64,000 nt of DNA from an uncultured Acidobacteriota bacterium (GCA_963770895.1 CAVYRF010000002.1:2112001-2176000), one strand, 5' to 3'; numbered from the stretch's first letter, positions 20,101-32,366 are shown. Notes: generated by a model from the sequence alone, not told the origin. Program-made: numbers and translations.

Positions 20101-23100
20101 GCGCTGCCCTTTGAGCGCCTGGTGGAGGCGCTGGCGCCGCGGCGCGACCAGGCCGACACGCCGCTCTTCCAGGTGATGTTGGTGCTGCAGAACATCGGTT
20201 CGGCGCCGCTTTGGACGCCGGGCGGCGCGGCGGGCCTGACCCTGGAACCTGCCGAGGTCGGCAGCGCCATCGCCAAGTTCGACCTCACCGTGGTGGCGAT
20301 CGAAAGCGGCGGCGGTCTGCGCCTGACCTTCGAGTACAGCACCGACCTGTTCGACGGCGCCACCGTCAAGCGGCTGGCGCGCCAGCTGGCGGCCCTGCTG
20401 ACCCACGCCGCCGATGGCGCCGCCGGCGTGCAGGACCCGGCGGTCGCGCCGGCGGTCGCCGACCTGCCGCTGCTCGGCGCCGCGGAACGCCAGCAGATCC
20501 GGGAGTGGAACTCGACCGCGGTGGACTGGCCGCGCGAGCTCTGCCTGCACCACCTGGTCGAGCGCCAGGCGCGCCGCACGCCGCGGGCCGTGGCGGTCAC
20601 CGCCGAGCCGCCCGCCGGCGCCGTCGCTGCCGCCGACGGCGCCGGCGGCGCTGCCCCCGGGGGGCGGGCGACCACGAGAGCCTCACCTACGCGGCTCTGG
20701 ATCGCCGCGCCGACCGCCTGGCGCGGCGGCTCGCAGCCCGCGGCGTGGGTCCGGACACCGTTGTGGCGATCTGCGTCGAGCGGTCGCTGGCGCTGGTCGT
20801 CGGCCTGCTCGCCATCCTGAAGGCGGGAGGAGCCTACCTGCCGCTCGACCCGGACTACCCGGCCGAGCGCCTGCGCTTCATGCTGCGCGACTCGGGCGCC
20901 CGCCTGCTGCTCACCACGGCGGCGCCGGCCGCGGGGCCCGCCTGGGCCGGCGGCGACGCGGGTGAGCCGGCGGTCGAAACCCTTTGCGTCGACGAGCCGG
21001 CCGTCGCGGGACCGGCACCCCGCGAGGCCGGTCGCCGGTTGCCGGGCCGGGCGCGAGCGCTGCCCGATCATCTGGCCTACGTGATCTACACCTCGGGTTC
21101 GACCGGCCGGCCGAAGGGGACGATGAACACCCACCGCGGCATCGTCAATCGGCTCCTCTGGATGCAGGACCAGTATCGGCTGCAGGCGGACGACCGGGTG
21201 CTGCAAAAGACGCCGGTCAGTTTCGACGTGTCGGTGTGGGAGCTGTTCTGGCCGCTCGCCACCGGCGCGCGGCTGGTCATGGCCCGCCCCGCCGGACACC
21301 GCGACGTCGCCTATCTGCGCCGCGTGCTGGTCGAGCAGGCCATCACCACCTTGCACTTCGTGCCATCGATGCTGCGCGCCTTCCTGGACGATTGGCGATC
21401 CCAGGAGGCGGACGCCGGCGGGGTGCCGCGTGGTGGCAGCCTGCGGCGGGTGATGGCCAGCGGCGAGGCGCTCGACGACGATTTGCAGGCCGCGTTCCAC
21501 GCCGCGCTCGACGCGCCGCTGCACAACCTGTACGGCCCGACCGAGGCCGCCGTGGACGTCACCTTCTGGGCCTGCGTCCGGCAGGACGACCCGCGGCGGG
21601 TAGTGCCCATCGGCAGGCCGGTCGCCAACACCGCGATTGCTCTGCTCGACCGCGCCGGCCGGGAGGTGCCGATCGGCGTCGCGGGGGAGCTGTATATCAG
21701 CGGCGTGCAGCTGGCGCGCGGCTACCTGCGGCGGCCGGCGCTGACCGCGGAGAGGTTCGTGCCCGCCGCCGTCGCGGCCGGCGGCGGCGAGGCGGACGGC
21801 GACCGCGCCTACCGCACCGGCGACGTGGCCCGCTGGCTGCCAGATGGCGCGATCGACTTCCTGGGCCGCGCCGACGCGCAGGTGAAGATTCGCGGCGTGC
21901 GCATCGAGCCGGCGGAGATCGCGGCGGCGATCGCGCGCCATCCCGCGGTGCGGCAGGCGGTGGTGGTCACGGCGCCGCATCCGGCGGCGGGCGACCACCG
22001 GCTGGTCGCCTACCTGGTCCCCGACCCGGTGTGCGCCGCGCCGCTGGCGGTCCGGGCGCCGGTCGCGGCCGTCGCGGAGCCGGTGGCGAGCGACCTGTAC
22101 GAGCTGCCCAACGGCCTGACGGTGGCCAGCCTGAACCGCGGCGAAACCGACTTTCTCTACCAGGAGATCTTCGCCGGGCAAGGGTACCTCCGGCACGGCA
22201 TCCGCCTGGCGGAGGGCGATTGCGTCTTCGACGTCGGCGCCAACATCGGGATGTTCACCCTGTTCGTCGGCCAGCGGCTGCGCGACGTGACGATCTTCGC
22301 CTTCGAGCCGATTCCGCCCGTGTACCAGACTCTGCGCGTCAATGCCGAGCGGTACGGCCTGCGGGCGCGGCTGTTCGAGTGCGCCCTGGCGGATGCGCCG
22401 GGGACCGCCGAGCTCACGTACTACCCGCACGCCACGTTGATCTCGGGCCGCCACGCCGACGCCGACGCCGAGCGGCGGGTGGTGCGCGGCTTCCTGCGCG
22501 GCCGGCCCGGCGGCAGCGACGAGCCGAACCTGGTCGAGGAGCTGCTGGACGAGCGGCTGCGGTCCGAGCGTGTCGCGGCCCGCCTGCGCACGCTCTCCGA
22601 GGTGATCGCCGAGCACGCGGTCGAGCGCATCGACCTGCTCAAGGTGGACGTCGAAAAGGCGGAGCTGGAGGTGTTGCGCGGTCTGCGCGACCAGGACTGG
22701 GCCAAGGTCCGGCAGGTCGTCGTCGAAGTCCACGACGTCGCCGGCCGGCTGCAGGAGATCGTCGCCCTGCTCGGCCGCCACGGTTTCCAGGTCGCCGTCG
22801 AGCAGGACACGGCGCTGGCCGAAACCGTGTTGTACAACCTGTACGCCCGGCGTCCCGACGCCGGTCCCGATGCTGCCGCGGCGGTGCCGGTGCCGCCGTC
22901 CGGCGCCGCCGGGCGCGTCTGGTCGAGCCGTCGCGAGCTGTTCGCGGAGCTGCGCGAGCAGCTGGCGGCGGCGCTGCCGGACGTCATGGTGCCGTCGGCG
23001 TTCGTGGTGGTGCCGGCGCTGCCGCTCACCCCCAGCGGCAAGGTCGACCGCCGGGCACTGCCGGCGCCGGATTGGGACGACGTCCAAGGCGTCGGTGGGA

Positions 23101-26100
23101 TGGCGAACGGCGGCGCGATGGGCCGCGTGGCGCCGGGCGATGCGCGCCAGGAGCTGCTGGCCGGCATGTTCGCGGAGCTGCTGGGGCTGGCCCCGGAGCG
23201 CTTTGGCATCCACGACAGTTTCTTTGCCCTGGGCGGCCACTCGCTGCTGGCGACGCAGCTGGTGTCGCGGGTGCGGCGGGCGTTCGGCGTGGAGCTGCCG
23301 GTGCGGATCGTCTTCCAGCATCCGACCGTCGCCGGCCTGGGCGGCGCCATCGCCGGTCTGGACGCGCCAGCGGCGGCGCCGCCGCTCGGGCCGCGGCACG
23401 GTCCGGGGCCGGCGCCGCTGTCGTTTGCGCAGCAGCGGATCTGGTTTCTCGATCGCCTCGCCGGCGGCGCCGACCACTCCTACAACATCCCGGCGGGCCT
23501 GCGCCTGGAGGGGTACCTGGACGCGGCGGCCATGGCGCGAACGCTCGGCGCCATCGCCCGCCGTCACCAGGTGCTGCGCACGGTGTTCGTCGAGACCGCG
23601 GCCGGACCGCTGCAGGTGGTGCGCCCGGCGCCGGCGGCGGCGCTGCCCATCCCGCTGGTCGACCTGGCCGCCCTGGCGGCGCCGGCGGCAAGGGAGGGCG
23701 AGGCGGCGCGGCTGCTGGCTGCCGAGGCGCGGCGCCACTTCGACCTGGCGAGCGAGCCGCCGCTGCGCGCCTCGCTGCTGCGCCTGACGGCGCGGGAGCA
23801 CCACCTGCTGGTGACCCAGCACCACGTCGCGAGCGACGGCTGGTCGCTGGGGATCCTGGTGGGCGAGCTCGCCGCTATCTACGGCTCGCTGGTGGCCGGC
23901 AAGCGGGATGCCGTCGTCAGCGCCGCCCGCCTGCCGGCGCTGCCCATCCAATATGCCGACTTCGCGGTCTGGCAACGCGATTGGCTCGCCGGTCCGGTGC
24001 TGGAGCGCGAGCTGGCCTGGTGGCGGCGGCGACTGGCCGGCGCGCCGGCGCAGCTGGATCTGCCGGCGGATCGGCCGCGGCCGGCGGTCAAGAGCGGGCG
24101 TGGCGCGGCGTGCCCGGTCGAGCTTTCTCCGAGCGTGGGCGCGGCGCTCGCCGGCGCCGGCCGGCGCCAATCGGCGACGCTCGCCATGGGGCTCCTGGCC
24201 GGCTTCGCGGCGCTGCTGGGCCGTCACGGCAACCAGCGCGACCTGTCGCTCGGCATGCCGGTGGCGGGCCGCAACCGGCTGGAGATCGAAGGCCTGATCG
24301 GTTGCTTCGTCAACACCCTGGTGCTGCGCGTCGACCTCGCCGCGGCGGCGACCTTCGGCGGCTTGATGGCGCAGGTGCGGGAGTCGCTGCTGGACGCCCA
24401 GCTGCACCAGGATCTGCCGTTCGAAAAGCTGGTCGAAGAGCTGGAGCCGGGCCGCAGCCTGGCGGCGGCGCCGCTTTTCCAGGCGCTGCTCACCGTCCAG
24501 AACGCCCCCCTGCCGCCCCTGGTTCTGCCCGGTCTGACGGCGACGCCGCTGGCCTCCCCCGCGGTCACCGCCGCCAAGTTCGATCTCAGCTTGAACCTGG
24601 GCGAGACGGCCGCGGGAGGGGTGAGCGGCCTGCTCACCTACAGCACCGACCTGTTCGACGGCGCCACGGCGGTGCGGCTCGCCGCGCACCTGGCGGCGCT
24701 GCTGGCGGCGGCGGCGGCGGCGCCGGCGGCACCGCTGGGCGAGCTGCCACTGCTGTCTGCCGCGGAGCGCCACCAGCTGCTGGCCGAGTGGAACGACACC
24801 CCGACCGCGCAACCGGCCATGGCGGCGGGCTGCCTGCACGAGTTGGCGGCGTCGTGGGCGGCGGCGGAGCCGGACGCGGTGGCGGTGGTCTGCGAGCGCG
24901 AGGCGCTCAGCCGCGGCGAGCTGGACCGCCGCGCCGGGCGGCTGGCGCGCCGGCTGCGCGCGGTGGGCGTCGGCCCGGAAGAGGTGGTGGCCATCCGGCT
25001 GGACCTGGGGCTGGATGCGATCGTCGCCGTCCTGGCGACGCTCAAGAGCGGCGGCGCCTACCTGGCGCTCGACGCCGATCTGCCGGCGCAGCGCTGCGCG
25101 GCGATCCTCGCCGACGCCCGCCCGCGCGCGCTGCTCTGCCGCGGAGCGGCGCCCGCGGGGTGCGCCGTCCCGGTGATCGATCCGGCCGCCGTCGATCCCG
25201 GCCCGGCCGCCGGCAGCGACGGCGACGGTGACGGCGATGCCGCCGGCGCCCGTCTGCCGGCGGTCGATCCGGCCAACCTGGCCTACGTGATCTACACCTC
25301 GGGTTCGACCGGCACCCCGAAGCGCGTCGGCATCGAGCACCGGCAGGTCACCGCCTACCTGCCGGCGGTCCTGGCGCGCCTGGGGCTGCCGCGGCAGGCG
25401 CTGCTGTCGCTCCACCAGACGCTGGCCGTGGACGCGCCGGCGACGCAGCTTTTCGCGGCGCTGTGCTACGGCGCGGCGTTGCAGCTGGTGGTGCGCGAGC
25501 GCGCGCTGGACCCCGAGCGGGCCGCCGACTACTTTGCCGCACAGCCGGTCGATTTCCTGAAGATCGCTCCCAGCCACCTGGGTGCCCTGCTGCTGGGAAC
25601 GCGGCCGCGGGACATCCTGCCGCGGCGGCTGACCATGGTGGGCGGCGAGGCGATCTTCTGGCCGCTGGCCGAGCAGATCGCGGCGCTCGCAGGCGGCGGC
25701 CGGCTGCTCAATCACTACGGTCCGACCGAGGCCACGGTGGGGGTGCTCACGCACTGGGTGGAGGTGCCGGAGGGCGCGCGGCCGGGCGTGGGCAGCGTCC
25801 CCATCGGGCGGCCGCTCGCCAGCGTCCGCGCCTACGTGCTGGACGCCCAGCTGCTGCCGGTCGCGGCAGGGCTCGCCGGCGAGCTCTTCATCGGCGGGCC
25901 GCAGGTGACGCGCGGCTACCTGGGCCGCGGCGACCTCACGGCGGAGCGCTTCCGCCCCGATCCGTGGGCGCCGGAGCCCGGCGGCCGCATGTATGGCACC
26001 GGCGACCAGGTGCGCGCCGGCCGCGACGGCGTCGTGACGTTTCTGGGCCGCACCGACTTCCAGGTCAAGATCCGCGGCTTCCGCATCGAGCTGGGAGAGA

Positions 26101-29100
26101 TCGAGGCGGCGCTGCAGGCGCTGCCGGAGGTGGCGGCGGCGGCGGTTGTGGCGCGGGGCGCGGCCGGCGGCGAGCCGCGCCTGGCGGCCTACGTGGTACC
26201 GCGCCCGGGGACGGCGCCGACAGCCCTGGCGCTGCGGCAGGCTCTGGCCGGGCGGCTGCCCGCGCCGATGGTGCCGCGCGACGTGGTGCTGCTCGCCGAC
26301 CTGCCGCGCACCGGCCACGGCAAGCTCGACCGCAAGGCCCTGCCGGAACCGGCGGCCGAGCCGGCAACCGACTTTGCCGCGGCGGCCGGCGGGCGGCTTG
26401 GGGCGACCGTGGCGACCGTAGGGATCGGGGTGGCGCTCGGCGACGCCGTGGAGCTGGCGCTGGCGGACGCCTGGAGCCTGCTGCTCGGCCAGGCGCCGGC
26501 CAGCCGCGAGCAGAGCTTCTTCGACGCCGGCGGCCACTCGCTGCTGGCGATGCAGCTCGCGGCGCACCTGCGGCGCAGCCTGGGCGTCGAGCTGCCGCTG
26601 CGGGCGCTCTTCGAGGCCCCGGCGTTCGGCGCCGTCGCCGAGCGGCTGCGTCAGGTGGCGGCCGCCGGGACGGGCGCCCAGCTGCCGCCGCTCGCGCCCG
26701 TCGCCGGCCGCGGCACCGAGCTGCCGCTGTCCTTTGCCCAGCAGCGGCTGTGGTTTCTCGACCAGCTGCAACCGGGCAGCGCGGTCTACAACATGCCCTA
26801 TGCGATCGAGCTGACCGGCGACCTCAAGCCGGCGGTTCTGGCGCGCTGCTTTGCGGAGCTGCGCCGCCGCCACGAGACGCTGCGCACGGTTTTTGCCGCC
26901 GCACCCGACGGGCCGCGGCAGGTCGTCCTGCCGGCGCCCCCGTCGGACGGTGGCGCGCTGCCGGTGGTGGACCTGGCGGCGTTGCCGGCAGACCTGCGGG
27001 AGCGCGCCGCGGCGGCGCTGCTTGCCGCCGAGGCCGGGCGCTGCTTCGACCTGGCGCGCGGAACGCGGGCTCCGGCGAGTGCCGGCTGGCCATCGTGGCC
27101 GGCCGGCCTGCTGCGCGTGACGCTGCTGCGCCGCGGCCCGCGCGACCACCTGCTGCTGGCGACCCTCCACCACATCGTCAGCGACGGCTGGTCGCGCGGC
27201 GTGCTGGTCGGCGAGATCGCGGCGCTCTACGGCGCCTTCGCGGCCGGTGCGCCGTCGCCGCTCCCCGAGCTGGCGCTGCAATACGGCGACTACACGCTCT
27301 GGCAGCGCGTCTGGCTGAGCGGCGCGACGTTCGAGCGCGAGCTCGTCTGGTGGCGCGAGCGCCTGCGCGGCGTGCCGCCGGTCGTCGACCTGCCGCTCGA
27401 CCGGGCGCGGCCGGCGGTGGCCGGCGCGCGCGGCAGCAGCCGGCTGCTGGCGCTGCCCGCCGGCTGGTCGGAGTGGCTGGGGCAGCTTGCCCGCGAGCGC
27501 GGCGTGACGCCCTTCATGGTGCTCTTCGCCGGCCTCGCCGGCCTGCTCGGCCGCCATGGGGCGCAGCAGCGGTTCGCCATCGGCAGCCCGATCGCCGGCC
27601 GCCGGCACGTCGAGCTGGAGCCGCTGATCGGCTTCTTCGTCAACACCCTGGTGCTGCCCGCTGACCTGTCCGGCCGGCCGACCTTCGCCGAGCTGCTCGA
27701 TCGCGCCCGCGACACCTGTCTGGGCGCCTATTCGCACCAGGATCTGCCGTTCGAAAAGCTGGTCGAAGAGCTGGCGCCGGAGCGCAGTCTGGCGCACTCG
27801 CCGCTGTTCCAGGTGCTGCTCGTGCTGCAAAACACCCCGCGCCAGGCGATCGACCTTCCCGGCCTGACGCTGCGCTCGCGGGAGGCGGAGACCACGGTCG
27901 CCAAGTTCGACCTCACCTTCGCCTTCGACCAGGCGGGCGAGCAGCTGACCGGTGCGGCGCAGTGGAACGCCGACCTGTTCGACGCCGCGACGATCACGCG
28001 CCTGGCCGGCCATCTCACCGCCTTTGTCGCCGCCGGCGCCGCTGCGCCCGACCGCTGGTTCGCGGAGCTGCCGCTGCTGGGCGCGGCGGAACGGCAGCAG
28101 GTGGAAGAGTGGAACGCCACGGCGTCGGCGCCGCGCGCCTCGGTGGGCCTGGCCGGACTGGTCGCCGCCCAGGCGGCGCGTACACCCGAAGCGGTGGCGG
28201 CGGTTTTCGGCGACCAGGCCCTCACCTACGGCGAGCTCGACCGCCGGGCGGCGGCGCTCGCGGCGGCGCTGGCGGCGCGCGGCGTCGGGCCGGACGTGGC
28301 GGTCGCGCTGTGCATCGCCCCGTCGCTCGACATGGCGGTCGCTGTGCTCGCGGTGCTCGCCGCGGGCGGCGCCTACCTGCCGCTCGATCCGGCCTACCCG
28401 CGCGAGCGGCTGGCGGCGATGCTCGAAGACGGGCGGCCGGCCGTGCTGCTGGCCGCGCCGGATCTGCTCGAGCGGCTGCCGGCGCAGCGGCCGCCCGAGC
28501 TGCCTTGGCAGGACATCGTGCGATCGCCGGCGGCGGCAGCCGCGGCTGCCGGCGGCCACGGACCGGCCCGGGCGCTGGCGACGGCGGCCGGCTTGGGCTA
28601 CGTGATCTTCACCTCAGGCTCGACCGGGCGGCCGAAGGCGATCGGTCTGCCGCAAGGCGCCCTGGTCAATCTGATCCAGTGGCACCTCGACACCCTGCTC
28701 TGCGGCGCGCGCACGCTGCAGTTCGCCTCCCTGAGCTTCGACGCCAGCTGCCACGAGATGTTCGCCTGCTGGTCGTCGGGCGGCACCCTGGTGCTGATTC
28801 CCGAAACCTTGCGGCGCGACGCGCGCGAGCTCGCCCGGCTCTGCGTCGTCGAGACGATCGAAAAGGCCATTCTGCCGGTCCTGGTGCTGCAGCAGCTGGC
28901 CGAGATCTACGCCGAGCCGGGCGCGCCGCTGCCGGTGTGGAAGGAGATGACCACGACCGGCGAGCAGATGCAGATCACCCCGGCGGTCGTCGAGCTGTTC
29001 GAGCGGCTGCCCGGCTGCCGGCTGCACAACCACTACGGTCCCTCCGAAAGCCACGTGGTCACCACCCACACCCTGGGGCGGGAGCCGCGCGAATGGGCCT

Positions 29101-30758
29101 TCCACCCGCCGATCGGCAAGCCCCTGGCCAACAGCCGCATCGAGCTGCTGGGTCCCGGCCTGGACCGGGTGCCGCAGGGCGCGCCCGGCGAGCTGTACAT
29201 CGGCGGCGTCTGTCTGGCACGCGGATACCTCGGCCGGCCCGACCTCACCGCCGAGCGCTTCGTGCCCGATCCCTGGAGCTGTCTGCCCGGAGAGCGTCTC
29301 TACAAGACCGGCGACCTGTCGCGGTACCGGCCCGGCGGCGACATCGAATACCTGGGGCGCCTGGACCACCAGGTCAAGATCCGCGGCTTCCGCGTCGAGC
29401 CCGCGGAGGTGGAGTCGGCGCTCGGCGCGCACCCGGCGCTGGTCGAAACCGTGGTGGTGGCGATGGACGCGCCCGAGGGCGGCAAGCGGCTGGTCGCCTA
29501 CCTGGTCGGCCCGCCTGGCGGCGACCGGCCCGCGGCCGCGGCGCTGCGCGCCTGGCTGGGCGAGCGGCTGCCGCACTACATGTTGCCGGCGGCATTCGTC
29601 TGGCTCGACACGATGCCGCTGTCGCCCAACGGCAAGGTGGATCGCCAGGCGCTGCCGCGGCCGGAAGCGGCAGGGCGCGCGCAGGAGGGACCGCCCGCCG
29701 CCGCGCCGCGCGACCTGGTCGAGCTGCGGCTGGCCGGGGTGTGGCAAGACCTGCTGGGCGCCGGGCCGATCGGTCCCGCCGACAGCTTCTTCGGGCTGGG
29801 CGGGCACTCGCTGCTGGCGGTGCGCCTGATGAACCGCATCGAAGCGGCGTTCGGCCAGCGCCTGCCGCTGGCGGCCCTGTTCGAGAGCCCGACCCTGGAA
29901 GCCCTGGCCGTGCGCCTGCGGCGGGGGGCGCCGCCGGCGCGCCGCGAGCCCCTGGTGCATCTGCATGGCGACGGGCAGAACCTGCCGCTGTTCCTGGTCC
30001 ACCCCGCGGGTGGCAACGTACTTTGCTATTGGCAGCTGGCGCGCGCCCTGGGCGACGACACCCCGGTCTACGGGCTGCAGCTCCCCGATGCCGTGGACGC
30101 CGCGGCCCCGGCGCCGACCGTCGAGGCGCTGGCGGCCCGCTACCTGGAAACGATCAGGACCGTGCAACCGGAAGGCCCCTGCCATCTGGCCGGCTGGTCG
30201 CTCGGCGGTGCGATCGCCTTCGAGATGGCGCGCCAGCTGGACCTGGCCGGCCGCCAGGTCGGCCTGCTGGCGCTGCTCGACAGCTTCGCCCCATCGGCTG
30301 CGACACCGCCGCCTGCCGGCGCCGACCTGGTGCGCCGCTTCGGCGCCGACCTGGCCGGCCTGCTCGGTCAGGGCCGCCCGAGCCAGGCTCCCTTCGACCT
30401 GCCCGACACCGAGGCCGAAGCCCTGGCCGCGCTCGATGCCTACGGCCGCGCCCAGGGCCTGCTGCCGCCGGACCTGGACCGCGGCTCGATCGCGCAGCTG
30501 TTCGCGCTGTTTCGCACCAGCACCGCGGCGCTCGCCGCCTACCGCCCCCGGCCCTACGGCGGCGAAGCTCTGCTCTTCGCCGCCGCCGATTCCAGCGCCG
30601 CATCGCCCGACCGCGGCTGGCAGCCCCTGATCCGCCAGCTGACCGTCCAACCCATCGCCGGCGACCACTACGCCCTGGTCCGCCACCCCGCCGCCGATGC
30701 CATCGCCGCGGCCCTCCGCCCGCTGCTCGCCGCGGTGCGTCAACCCGTCCCGCAATAG
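8158..30758 (+). CDS. Six-module NRPS: ACP-C-A-T-T-C-A-T-C-A-T-C-A(FkbM MT)-T-C-A-T-C-A-T-TE; frameshift at ~20654-20664
   Basis: ORFs 8023..20820 and 20211..30758 join within A4. GVDSL ACP; six HHxxxD C motifs; six (Y/F)TSG A3 motifs; seven GGHSLL T motifs; DVGANIG MT; GWSLGG TE. Start (8155 GTG or 8158 TTG) inferred from GGGAG RBS. Confidence 0.95.
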
Positions 30759-30929
30759 CTCACAGTGCTGGTCGCTGACCATGGTTGTAAGCGAGCTGCG
30801 CGATGAGCGGCCCGCCGGGAGGAGGTGGATATCAAGAAATGACGATGTTACGATAAGTGAGTTCAGGCTTGGCGCCGGGGGCCGGAATGGAAAGCCCCGG
30901 AGCGCCGTCAGGTTCTGACGCAAGGAGCA

Positions 30930-31207
30930 TCCTCATGCAGCATCGATTTGCCAAGGCCAATACACCGCACCGCCATGTCCCGGCGCTTCTTTCCGTCGGC
31001 GGCGCCAACGGCACGATCGCGGTCGGCGACTCGGCGGCGGCCAGCGCGTTCGCCACCAGCGTCGTCGCATCGATGAACCAGTACGGCTTCGACGGCGTGG
31101 ATATCGACCTGGAACACGGCATCAGTCCGGTGCCGCTGGGCCAGGCGCTGCAGGCGATCGCCGCTGCCGCGCCGGTCCAGGACACCTCCGCGCTCCCCTG
31201 TACCTAG
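30930..31207 (+). pseudogene. GH18 chitinase fragment
   Basis: LLSVGGANG and YGFDGVDIDLE (DxxDxDxE) motifs, but only ~90 aa; no N- or C-terminal barrel. Confidence 0.75.
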
Positions 31208-31259
31208 TCTCGCGCGCGCTCTTTCCAGCCTCCCTCGGCCCTGGCCGCTCGGCCGCCGG

Positions 31260-31289
31260 GCCTGCCCGCGGAGTCGTCCGCGGGCAGGC
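31260..31289. terminator. GC-rich stem-loop between converging ORFs
   Basis: GCCTGCCCGCGGA-GTCG-TCCGCGGGCAGGC; no clear U-tract on either strand. Confidence 0.5.
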
Positions 31290-31314
31290 AAAAGCGAGCG
31301 GGGGCCGGGACCTC

Positions 31315-31479
31315 CTAGTCGCGGATGCAGGGGGTGACGGTGTCGCAGTGGGGATGGGTCTTGGTGCAGAGGCTGCTGGCGGCGCCGGCGGCAACCTTGC
31401 TCAACTGGTCCTGCACGTCGAGCGAGCGGACGGTTTCGCGATGGAGGGAGAATTTCCTGTTCTGCTTGTGAACCTTCAT
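31315..31479 (-). CDS. Lanthipeptide-type RiPP precursor, 54 aa: MKVHKQNRKFSLHRETVRSLDVQDQLSKVAAG-AASSLCTKTHPHCDTVTPCIRD
   Basis: AAGGAG RBS; FxLxRx5L leader motif; Ser/Thr/Cys-rich core with 3 Cys. Confidence 0.8.
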   Translation of the reverse strand: MKVHKQNRKFSLHRETVRSLDVQDQLSKVAAGAASSLCTKTHPHCDTVTPCIRD

Positions 31480-31718
31480 TCACTTCTCCTTTCAAGTGCT
31501 CCGTCAGGGACGGCAACGGCTGCCGCCCGCGGCCGCACCATCGACACGATTCTACAACGATGTCGCGCATATGACAATGTGATTGCCAAGTAATGCCGCT
31601 TCCGTAGCATCGGAGTGCATCGACCATTCTCTGCCAGCACCTTCACTTCCGGCATTGAGCGCCCGGACCTGCGGTGGATCAACCTTGCGTTGCGTCACCG
31701 ATCTGGCACAATCGCCAT

Positions 31719-32339
31719 GTGACTGTCACGCGCTGGGTGCTGCTGCTGCTCCTGCTGCCGATGTGGCTGGTAGCACCGTTCTTCGGTCCGGTGCACTGGA
31801 TCTCTGGTGCCGCCATCGGCGTGGCGCTCGGGCTCTGCGCCTGGGGCAACCGCCGGGCAGGGGGCGGATGGGGGTTCCGCCGCGAAGCGTTGATGCCGGC
31901 GCTGGTCTGGGTCGCGGTGTTCACGGCGCCAGTCGTGGCGGCGGCGCTGCTGCTCGGGCACCAGCTGGGCACCCTGCATGCCAGAGACCAGCTGGCCGCG
32001 CGGTTCCTGCTCCTGCTGGTCTGGGCGTTGGTGCAGCAGTTCATCCTGCAGACCACGGTCCTGCGGGAGGTGCGCAGCGCCTGGGGAGAGCGCACGGCGC
32101 CGGTGGTGGCGGCGGCGCTCTTCGCCCTGCTTCACCTTCCCAATCCCTTCCTCACCCTGGTCACCTTTGTCGCCGGCCTGGGCTGGTGCCGCCTCTACGA
32201 GCGCCACCCCAACCTCATCCCTATCGCGCTCTCGCACGCCTGCGCCAGCCTGGCTGTCGCCCTCGCTCTCAGCCCGGCGATCACCGGCGGCATGCGCGTC
32301 GGCTACGGCTACTTCCTCCACCACGGCGTCTGGCTCTGA
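31719..32339 (+). CDS. CPBP (CAAX/Abi) family intramembrane protease-like protein
   Basis: Multi-TM; LFALLHLPN and ALSH motifs; QQ at the usual EE position. Confidence 0.8.
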   Translation: MTVTRWVLLLLLLPMWLVAPFFGPVHWISGAAIGVALGLCAWGNRRAGGGWGFRREALMPALVWVAVFTAPVVAAALLLGHQLGTLHARDQLAARFLLLLVWALVQQFILQTTVLREVRSAWGERTAPVVAAALFALLHLPNPFLTLVTFVAGLGWCRLYERHPNLIPIALSHACASLAVALALSPAITGGMRVGYGYFLHHGVWL

Positions 32340-32366
32340 GTCGGCGTGGAAGACGGGCGAAGGCGA

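Noticed and set aside
7597-30923. Very long antisense and alternate-frame ORFs over the NRPS (e.g. 20097..28559)
   Set aside because: Shadow ORFs of high-GC codon usage; Arg/Pro-rich with no motifs.
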